47,803 bases of DNA from NCBI GenBank assembly GCA_032718475.1, contig JAUCBJ010000221.1:1-47803 (forward strand). The letters run 5' to 3'. The DNA is from Nemertoderma westbladi (taxonomy: Eukaryota; Animalia; Xenacoelomorpha). The position numbers and the translations under genes are program-made. Shown here piece by piece: positions 1 through 8,884 of the stretch (position 1 is the first letter of the stretch; every line of letters begins with the position of its first letter). The notes below the pieces were generated by a model. It saw nothing but the letters and a program-made list of their open reading frames with translations, searched no databases and was not told the origin of the DNA.

Positions 1-296
1 ACTAGGGGCAGCAGAGATGATGAGCAAGAGTCTATAGTAACATATTGCTGTCTGTGTGCTAAAAAACTAGAGATTAATTGAAGAGGGAGGCCTCGCACGC
101 CATAGCAACCTAGCTTATTTAAAAGTATTTTGTGATTGATGGTATCAAATGCCTTCTTTAGATCTATGTATATTGCATATGTATTGTATTTATTGTCTAG
201 TGCCTGGTGTATTTTTTCTATTACCGAAAGTAGTGCGTGCGAGGTAGAAATTTTGGGCCGAAAACCGAACTGGGAATTAGTTAGTATTTTATATTT
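1..296 (-). pseudogene. Continuation of the CR1/Crack-like LINE ORF2 (RT), split by the LTR element
   Basis: The minus strand reads KYKILTNSQFGFRPKIST...IYIDLKKAFDTINHKILLNKLGCYGVRG...RQQYV and joins in frame with ...LLAYLTKY at 11665 once the LTR element is removed. Confidence 0.92.
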
Positions 297-1549
297 TGTA
301 AAAGCTTCTGTGGGATATAACTGGCCCCTTTGCTTCGCAATCCAGTTTCCCCCCAGGCGCTGGAATACTCTAAAAGGCTCTCTAACTATATATATATTCC
401 CCTCGCCCGCAAGGTACCGTTATAGGTGTTTTAACGGACATAAAAGTCATTCTTCTATATACGTGCTTTGGCGGACATGGTAAGGCAAAAAACCCGCAAT
501 GCACCAAATACCTTTACACAGCTTAGCCGTGATGATTCAGATTACGACATCTAACAGCTGGTTGCTGACGTGGAAGCGGCCATTGGACACATGGTTCTTT
601 GTTTAGCTTGAGCCAATCAGAGCGATTTTTTCTGTCGATGTGGAGATATTCGGCCGATCATACTAGGAGTGTTCAGTCTTACTGTTTTTTCTTGATACTG
701 TTGTGTTGTTGCTATCTAGGCCAGGAACACCGGCTCTAGAGTCAATTCGTTTCAGACTTTAGAAGAAACATTAGTAGGCTTAAGATTATAGAGCGTATAA
801 CTGTTATCGGCTCAATCTGCACATACATTGTCATATCATATCTTAACCTACCGTCTTAATGCTTTTTACTGTTGTCATATTTTGTATTAGTTGGTTGAAT
901 ATTATTTGGAGAACATCTATAAAGAACCCAAATTTCCCAATTTTCTTGATACACTACAGGTTAGAGAGACGGGTTATATATAGCGATTGCGACTTATATT
1001 ATTGTGGTTTGTAGTGAATTTAATGCTATTTGATAAGCACTACATGAGTCAGTTGCTGTTCTCTTTATATATGATAAAATTCATTGACGGTCGGCAAATT
1101 AGTGAGCAGTATTGTGTGTTACCGGTAGTGTGCATGATTGTGGCTGATAACTAAGCATTTCCTAAAGAATGCGCCTCATACGTGAATCATAAGCCTTACC
1201 GACTTGCCGTTGTGATTAGTATAAGTCATATCTCTGTTTATCTAGATAGAGCGCCACGTCCTAAAGGAACTGTTAATATTTCCCGAAAGTGAATAATATT
1301 AGTCAGAAATTATTTATTAACGATCAATCGAATAATACAGTAAGCTTACACTGCAATAATAATCTAAGCCCTCAGAATCCAGTCTCCCGGGTATATCCAG
1401 CGGGTGAATGGACGCGCACTAGGCTGGCTTCTGCTAATGTTGTGTTTATTGGTATTAAATATTTGTCATCTTCTAAAGTCTATTTATAAACCAAAAGACA
1501 TATAAATTTTGGCAGGTTAAACTGCTAAAGGTCTTCAAAAGCGCGTACA
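297..1549 (+). repeat. 5' LTR
   Basis: Starts TGTAAAAGCTT and ends AAGCGCGTACA. Same length as the 3' LTR with no differences seen by eye (offset 10115; the 66-aa ORF translations in both copies are identical). Confidence 0.97.
560..680 (+). promoter_or_regulatory. Probable LTR promoter core (ACGT element, CCAAT boxes, TCAGT initiator-like motif)
   Basis: TGACGTGG ~566, ATTGG ~583, GCCAATCAG ~612, TTCAGTC ~672. CCAATCAGAGCG and a downstream TCAGT are conserved in the diverged LTR at ~47156-47207. Confidence 0.45.
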
Positions 1550-1589
1550 ATAACAGTTATTGACTTTATTGCAGTAAGCAATAAAGTTG

Positions 1590-1745
1590 AAAGTACCGGT
1601 CGACCGGTAAACCTGAACCGGTACTTCTGTAGGTCAGTAGGCCCAACTGCCAGAACCGGTACTGCTGTAGGTCCGTAGGTCCAACTGCCAGAACCGGTAC
1701 TTCTGTAGGTCCGTAGGCCCAACTGTCCTAACCGGTACTTCCAGT
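1590..1745 (+). repeat. Tandem ~36-bp repeat (about 4 copies) in the LTR-element leader
   Basis: Repeated unit AACCGGTACTTCTGTAGGTCCGTAGGCCCAACTGCCAG. Confidence 0.9.
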
Positions 1746-1909
1746 ATAAGTACATTAGTATTATTCGATTTTGATTATTGTATACTGGTAGGTCTTAGTA
1801 TTTAATCAGGGACAGCCGCCCTGGTTTTTTATTGAGATTTTACTTATTTCTGTCAGTTTTATTTACATGTAAGTTAATATTGAGCTGAAGACGTGTAAGT
1901 CTGCTCAGA

Positions 1910-2500
1910 TTGTTCAGATAATTGTAGGCCGGACTGTTGTCGGATTGTTGTTGGGTTTGGAGAGATTACTGCGTGTGTAGAGTTTGTCCGATAGAGTGCC
2001 AGTTAGTAAGTTGGGGCAGCCATAGCTGTAAGGTCAAACCCCTCTTAAAGAATAAGTCGTACTACCGTGTTAGAACGCATAGTAACTAACCATTTTGGAA
2101 TCTGCACATACTGTAGTTTATTTAGGCTTGACAGTATTCTGCCAACGTTTTGGCCTGTGTTTGTTTGTGTGGTTTGTTCAGGTACCGTAATAGTTATTAC
2201 TCAGATATTTTGTAGGCTGGATTGTTGTCTAGCTATTATTAGGTCTGAAGAGATTACTGCGTGTGTAGAGTTTGTCCGATAGAGTGCCAGTTAGTAAGTT
2301 GGGGCAGCCATAGCTGTAAGGTCAATCCCCTCTTAAAGAATAAGTCGTACTACCGTGTTAGAACGCATACTAACTAACCATTTTGGAATCTGCATATACT
2401 GTAGTTTATTTAGGCTTGGTGGTAGTCTGCCAGCGTTTGGTTTGTATTTTGTTTGAGTATTCTGTACGGGTAGCGTAATATTTATTATTCAGAGTTTATG
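1910..2500 (+). repeat. Tandem ~288-bp duplication in the leader
   Basis: AGAGATTACTGCGTGTGTAGAG... block at 1961 and 2249, near-identical over about 170 bp with more diverged flanks. Confidence 0.9.
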
Positions 2501-3419
2501 CGATTATTCGCAACATTCATGTCCCCAAGTTTATTCCTACAGTAATTGTGCTTGTTACACATACTGTTATAGTTAAATTAACCCCGGTACTACACGGGCT
2601 GCTTGGCGTAGGTAAAGACTGGTGACTTTGTGCTTCGGTCACTCCAACAGATGCCGTGGTTCTTTTAACTGTTCAAGTATATTTAACTACTGATTATTTG
2701 TTGTACCAGTACTTGTACCGAATTTAGGGTTTAGTGTACAGTGCTTTCCGAAGTAATTAGTGTGTAGGCAGTATATTTGTGTTGTAAAGTGGTTAATAGG
2801 CACGTTGGATCTGGTAGTCCGCGGTAATTAACTTCCAGGTAGGAACACTCCGTGATACATAACGTAGTACCTATAGCGATACGGCTATAGGTCGTCAGGC
2901 GGTGGTATTTTCCTATCTGGACAGTACAATATATTTACTACTACTTATTATTTTCAAATACCGTAGTACCCTATCCTTTGTAATAACCAGAATTCTAACC
3001 CTTTGTTAGGCTGGTTTGTAGACTTCCTGTAAAATTACCCTAAAATTTCGTACGTAATATTTTTGTTGTGTTTAGTTAGAGAATTAATCTCACCCGTATC
3101 GTAAGTAATTTGTAGATAAGTAACTTAGGAAGTAGAATTATCTGTTTTAGTGTCTAATAAGTAGCACTTCACTGAGAGCGCACAGCTTTTGTGTAGTGAT
3201 TTCTTCCCAGAAATAGTAACATCTATTTCAATATTGTAACAAAACCCCTCATATGGGTACATATAAATCCACTAAATCTATTAATAAAATAGTAGGCCTG
3301 TTATACAACACTTAGGTCTTAATATCAGTTGGACTGCTGCTCAAATAACGGTAATAAAGTAAGTAGAGTAACCAAGTAACCCCTAACATTAAGAAATTCA
3401 ATTATTTTAAAATAATTGA

Positions 3420-3675
3420 CATACCGGTATTTACAATAGGCTTATTATATTTATTCTATAAATTTAGGCTGAAATCATACCGGTATTCTGTAATTAATTC
3501 TAGTCTGTAATAATTATACTTATATATACTATAAGTGTCAGCTGTATACCGGTATTCACGATAGGCCTATTATATATTTATATATAGTTGTGCTAAAATT
3601 ATATACCGGTACTCTGTGACAAATCTAGTCTGTAATAATACTTATATATATACTATAAGCATACCGGTATTCTAA
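3420..3675 (+). repeat. Degenerate ~125-bp tandem repeat containing ATACCGGTA(T) palindromes
   Basis: Five ATACCGGTA motifs about 55-70 bp apart; repeated TCTAGTCTGTAATAAT block. Confidence 0.8.
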
Positions 3676-3842
3676 TATATTATATATATATCCCGCTACA
3701 TTAAGTAGCAGTATCGGTAATTGATTACTAGGCTAGCAGTGATACTGAATTACTAGACTTGCTTTAACTGTAATATAGCAGTAGGCATTCAACTGTACAA
3801 ACAAAAATTTCTGACACAAAACGGGCACTGTCAGATAGTCTT

Positions 3843-6800
3843 TTGGAAGGTGTTAGAATGAGTCTTAGACTTGGACAGTGTCTTGAAAGGAAGGTGGCAG
3901 AGGCAATGGCAACAGCAGAAGCGGAAAGAAAAGCGGCAGAGGCAGTGGCAGAAGCAGAACGGAAGGCGTCTGAAGCGACTACCCAACTAGAGCTGGAAAA
4001 CCTTCAGGCGAAACAAGATTACTTGAAGAAACAAACCAGAAGACAGGGATTTGCCTCCTCCGATGAAGGTGATATAAGAGATCCCGAAAGTAGAGGTAAT
4101 AAATCTCGTTCAAGCGGACGTAGAAGAATGCCACACCGTCAGAAGTTATCTAACTTCCCTCTTGAGGTGAGAAGGCGACTGGCTGGTGTAGACTTAGGTA
4201 ATCTTGAACCCACAGACCAAATTATTGCAGTAGACAGACTCCCTACTATAGTAGATGAGCCTGAAATAATTAGGCCTGTCGTTCCCAAAGCCACTCCTGT
4301 GCTAGAGACCCCTGTACTTCCAGAGCTTAACTATAAATTCCCTTTGTACAGTACTAAACTACATGTGCCCAGTAGGACTGTTCCCGAGGCCGAACCCGTC
4401 CTGGACGCCGAGCGAGATATCAAGAATTTATCGCCCGTCGTCTCTCGCTCGCCCGCTACTACGTTGGCGACTCCCGCTTCGGCGGTTGAGTGGGTAGCTG
4501 AGGGACGACGGGAGATGGGTCTCCTGCTCGAGCAGCTGAGGGAACACTGTTTGTGCTCCTCTCAGCAGGTCCGGGAAATGGAAGAGACTGTTCAGCAGCT
4601 CAAGGGAACAGTAAGGGAAAGTAGGTTAGAGTTGCAAAAGGTGCAGCAAAGTATCGCGTTAGAACGCGATAAATTAGTCAATTTACAAAGGGGTATACCA
4701 CCACCCCCTGTAACAATGTGTCAACCCGTTAGGTCTGAAGTATCTCATGCGCAAGGTGTGGAGCCTACACGCATCTATACTGCTAGTGAAGTAGAAACTC
4801 CTATAGTAAACCCTATTCCGGGTGATTATAAACCTGTTGATAATAATATTCCATATAGACCTGATCATAATCCGAGAAATTTATATACCGATAATTCTAT
4901 ATTCAATAATACGATGGCTCAAGAAAGTTTTACGCGTCAAATGGCTAGAACCGAAGCCCGTCAAGCGGTAAAGGTTGGAGAGATCGTCAAGTTCAATGGA
5001 GATGAGATGAAATGGTTACCTTTTAATGAATATTACAAAGATAACATACAGAATTCTGTGCTATCTAACGGAGAGAAACTCAGATACCTCATCGAATGCT
5101 TGGAAGGACCTCCCAAGTTAATGGCGTTAAAATTTATTGGACATCCAGATGGATTAAGACAAGTTTGGGATACATTAAACATCAGGTATGGTAATAGGAC
5201 TAACATAGCTAGGTATTTATATGCGAAATTAATGGCGCCCCGAAAGTTTCTTAGCAGCGGGATTATAGAATTTTCCGATGAGATTCAGGAGATCTGTAGA
5301 CAGCTAGATTGGTTAGGTAAGTCTCATGAATACCAGAACTCTATGGTTGTAGGAGCCTTAGCATCTACTTTACCAAAGGGTGGAGTAGGTACACGCTGGG
5401 ACAAGAAAGTGTTATATATGATGGAACAACAACAACGAGACCCTACCATGGCTGATCTCATGTCCTTCTTAGATAGTGAAGTAAAATTACAACTCATAAA
5501 GCAGTCCAGAGAGAAAACATGGGAAAATAAGGTAAGTGAGAAACCCGTTTCTAGGAGAAGGGTAACACCAGTGTGTTATACTGACGACGACGAAAGCCAA
5601 GTCTCTCAGGAAGAGGACAGCGGGAAAGACACAGCAAAATCCTACTATGACAACAAGACCTATAAAGACGTAAGTAAATATAAGTCTCGAACCAGTGACA
5701 GGAGAGAACAGGTAACAACAACTCCTCCTACGTCTCCTAAGAGAATTCACGGAAGAAAGCCCGAAGAAAGTACGAGAGTGCATAACGTTACCCAAGGTAA
5801 AGTGAGTAACATCAAACCAAAATGTGCGCTGTGCGACGGGCCCCACCGTTTGAGTGTGTGTGCTGAATTCCTAAAGAAATCCCTGGTAGACAGACGTGAA
5901 GTCATGTGGGATAAGCGGTTATGCTATAATTGCCTCAGACCAGGACACCAACGGCGAACCTGTTACTCCGAAGTAAAGTGTGCAAAGTGCGGTGCGAAAC
6001 ATCACATCTTGTTACGCAGTGAATTCGAACGAAACAACCCGAGTCAGGTAAGTGAGCCCGAACTACATGTCCAATTCAGTGATGTAAATGACACTGATCA
6101 AGAGTCTGAGATGGAAGGATTCTATACGGACGAATTCTCCGACGCCAACGAATCCTGTTACCTAATAAATACCGCAGTGTATCGAGCACTTACGTATGAA
6201 AAGGACACCGACAATGAGTTCCCCCCAACTACCTTTGACAGACAACCATCTTGGAAACCTCCAACTTCCAACGTAGGAATCAGAGAATTTCCTGTAGTGC
6301 AGGTAAGAGTTCACGGTCCCAACAAAAGTTACATAGTGAACGCCCTCCTTGACTCCGGCAGCACAGGAACATTCATCGATCAAGAACTAGCCGAAGATAT
6401 CTTTGCTGAACAACCCAAATTCCAAACTAAGTTGAATATGTCCGGAATTATGCAGGTTTGGAAATCTACCATAACGGCAGATTACTATGTAGGTGCGTTG
6501 TCCACCCCCCAGGATAAATTAGGAGCACAAAGTATAAGGTCAGTAAAAATGGTGGCTATAAAGAACTTCGCTACTACCCAAGTAGAACCTTATAACTGGG
6601 ACGAGGACGAGAGCATCCAACAGCTTAAGATACCTCGATTCCAGACAGATTATCCTGGAGTGCAAATACTCATCGGCCAAAACGCGCATGAGGCGCTCGA
6701 GACATTGGAGAAACGGCCTGCTCAACCCCAGCCACTACAAACCTATGCGGTAAGAACTAGAGTAGGTTGGTACTTCACTGGCCCTTCCCGTAGAACTCTC

Positions 6801-7256
6801 AAAGAGAGATTACCTCAACAACAGGTATACCAAGTAAAGGAATGGGAAGTGGAGAACAGTGATGTGGACGATCCAACTGAAGGAACACCATACTCCTCAG
6901 ATAATGACGATATTAACTCCAATGTAGATCAATGGAGACATTGCCTTGGGACGATTAATCCAGCCGACATCGCTTCCAGAGGAGCAACTCCTCAAGAACT
7001 GATAGATACTCCAGGCTGGTTAGGTGGATCCGACTTCTTAAGTAAAGAAGAAGAAGAATGGCCTCCTCATCTTACCCCGGTGAAGATTGGACAGGCCAAG
7101 GGAGCGGAGAAAGTAACACAACAACTCAATCGCCCAGCTAGTCGTTTATGTTTACTGGAAAGAGACCAAAAACTGTCCGGAAACTATGGAAGGCAAGATA
7201 CTCTTCCTACGACCACTTCCCTAATCCGACAAATATCTAGGGACTCCATAACGTAA
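3843..7256 (+). CDS. BEL/Pao Gag-protease polyprotein fused in frame to RNase H C-terminal and integrase C-terminal remnants (first ATG at 3858)
   Basis: N-terminal coiled coil. DUF1759-like Gag core (KFNGD...EKLRYLIECLEG). Three Cys/His knuckles at ~5823-6010. Protease ALLDSGS (6351) through ILIGQ and RTRVGW. QWRH...NPADIASRG...W.GG..FL...WP at 6930-7064. RPASRLCLLE at 7131-7160. No YxDD and no DDE core. Confidence 0.93.
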   Translation: MEGVRMSLRLGQCLERKVAEAMATAEAERKAAEAVAEAERKASEATTQLELENLQAKQDYLKKQTRRQGFASSDEGDIRDPESRGNKSRSSGRRRMPHRQKLSNFPLEVRRRLAGVDLGNLEPTDQIIAVDRLPTIVDEPEIIRPVVPKATPVLETPVLPELNYKFPLYSTKLHVPSRTVPEAEPVLDAERDIKNLSPVVSRSPATTLATPASAVEWVAEGRREMGLLLEQLREHCLCSSQQVREMEETVQQLKGTVRESRLELQKVQQSIALERDKLVNLQRGIPPPPVTMCQPVRSEVSHAQGVEPTRIYTASEVETPIVNPIPGDYKPVDNNIPYRPDHNPRNLYTDNSIFNNTMAQESFTRQMARTEARQAVKVGEIVKFNGDEMKWLPFNEYYKDNIQNSVLSNGEKLRYLIECLEGPPKLMALKFIGHPDGLRQVWDTLNIRYGNRTNIARYLYAKLMAPRKFLSSGIIEFSDEIQEICRQLDWLGKSHEYQNSMVVGALASTLPKGGVGTRWDKKVLYMMEQQQRDPTMADLMSFLDSEVKLQLIKQSREKTWENKVSEKPVSRRRVTPVCYTDDDESQVSQEEDSGKDTAKSYYDNKTYKDVSKYKSRTSDRREQVTTTPPTSPKRIHGRKPEESTRVHNVTQGKVSNIKPKCALCDGPHRLSVCAEFLKKSLVDRREVMWDKRLCYNCLRPGHQRRTCYSEVKCAKCGAKHHILLRSEFERNNPSQVSEPELHVQFSDVNDTDQESEMEGFYTDEFSDANESCYLINTAVYRALTYEKDTDNEFPPTTFDRQPSWKPPTSNVGIREFPVVQVRVHGPNKSYIVNALLDSGSTGTFIDQELAEDIFAEQPKFQTKLNMSGIMQVWKSTITADYYVGALSTPQDKLGAQSIRSVKMVAIKNFATTQVEPYNWDEDESIQQLKIPRFQTDYPGVQILIGQNAHEALETLEKRPAQPQPLQTYAVRTRVGWYFTGPSRRTLKERLPQQQVYQVKEWEVENSDVDDPTEGTPYSSDNDDINSNVDQWRHCLGTINPADIASRGATPQELIDTPGWLGGSDFLSKEEEEWPPHLTPVKIGQAKGAEKVTQQLNRPASRLCLLERDQKLSGNYGRQDTLPTTTSLIRQISRDSIT

Positions 7257-7479
7257 TAACATATGGAGTGGGCGTGTGACTATATCATTTTATATTTGTT
7301 TTTATTTTATATTTATGTATGTATTATTATGTAATTTTATTATAATCGTTTCCTTTAATTTTATTTAGAAGAATGATATTTTAGTGATTATTTAGTAGAT
7401 TAGTGCAATATATTAGTGTTTATTACGTACGTAATTACTTATAATATATATTTAGTGCGACGGCGAGAAATAATTATTT

Positions 7480-8845
7480 TTCTCTTTCCTTACTGTCCGT
7501 ATCATATTATAAATACGTGACTACAGTAAGATGAAATGTCCGTACTTATTAAAGTACAATAAAGCCACTACTATATTCAAGTATTATTGGTAGGCAGAGT
7601 ATTAGGAATGCAAAGTTCAGATCCTCGTGTCTCGGCTAAACCAAGCTCTGGGTAGACCTTGGAAACGACTTGCCTCTTCACACTGACATTGCTTCGTGCG
7701 ATATTGCTCTTCTACCTTATATTAAATAATACATATAGTAGCGTGATGTCCCTCTAACAGTAGCGTAAATCGCAAATAAATCTGTTAAACCTTTGACCAT
7801 CTGTAATTCTAGTCGATTAAGATATCGCGGCACCCATCGGTATACTTGAAAGACAAATTCTAGAATCAGTGGTTAACGTCCCCAGACAAGTTCTGGAATA
7901 AATCGGTGCCTATCTTAAATATTAATTTAATATTTGTTAAAATCTGTAAAATTCAGATCCTTTAAAATTTCTAGTCAATTAAGATATCGCAGCACTTACC
8001 GATAATCTTAAAAGACAATTTCATAGAATTAAGGATCCTATGTCCCCAGACCTGCTCTGGAATCAAATTGTGTCAATTTTAACATCAAATAATAAAATTC
8101 ACGGGAATAAATTTAAATTCATATTTTAAATGAATTTCATAAATTGTCATTTTGTACAATTTATAACATTCCCAAAATTTCATTAATTAATAGATCATGG
8201 GAGCGGAGATTCACCCTATTGAGTGTATTAGAGTGCGAGAATCTCCAACATATAGTCAATAGCCAATAAAATTAATAAAATCATACATAAAGAGGATATT
8301 GACAATTAAAGAATTATTATTAAATAGCATCCCAGATCTGTATGCATGAGAATTACCCTAATTCTACCGCTAGCATTCCATAATGTCACTATAGCAACAC
8401 CCACGCTAGAATTAGAAGCAAGTTAAAAGAACAATAGAAAGCTTGTCACATTGCATAGCATAGAGAATACATAGCACACTGTTAGTATCCAAAGATACAC
8501 AGTAATAACGTGACATTCTGGAAGGCACTGACTAACGGACAAATGGCCTGTATGTGTACAATTGGTGACAGTTGTGTGGAATTTGTGCATTTATAGGTGA
8601 ATGTTACTGCTAATGTATGTTTACAGTAGCTAGTCGCAATTGTGAAAGTAACCCAACTCTCCTATAGAAAGAACCTAAAGTGGATTCAAGCCTTTGGGAC
8701 GGACAGTGGAGTGACTTGTGCCGGTTATCGTTGTCGTGCTGTTGCTACATGTTGGCGTAAACACCGCGACGACGGTACATCGGCGCTGAGAATCCCACTG
8801 TCCGGGGGCAAAGCGAGGTAGGCAGCGACGTCCGCTCGCCTAAAC
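7480..8845 (+). ncRNA. Structured RNA region (array of stem-loops and pseudoknot candidates) between the gag-pro ORF and the extra ORF
   Basis: Complementary arms read directly: 7793-7799/7870-7876, 7956-7962/8031-8037, 8205-8212/8239-8246, 8358-8366/8407-8415, 8444-8449/8510-8515, 8557-8564/8637-8644, 8700-8709/8795-8804 and a hairpin at 8819-8842. Many pairs are G-U on the + strand. Confidence 0.7.
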
Positions 8846-8884
8846 ATAAACTCATTTCGATATTAATAAACTCAGATAGCAGAT

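Noticed and set aside
1289-1489. 66-aa ORF repeated at 11404 and 16490
   Set aside because: It is LTR sequence with a GTG start and no motif; its recurrence simply reflects the LTR copies.
1528-1540. AAGGTCTTCAAAA resembling the BEL tRNA-Tyr PBS (TGGTCCTTCGA)
   Set aside because: It lies inside the LTR (present in all complete copies) and matches poorly.
1590-1745. 36-bp repeats resembling a CRISPR array
   Set aside because: Head-to-tail units without unique spacers, no cas genes, eukaryotic TE context.
4683-6725. Short antisense ORFs within gag-pro and similar ones opposite the LINE ORFs
   Set aside because: Shadow ORFs of real coding frames with no independent motifs.
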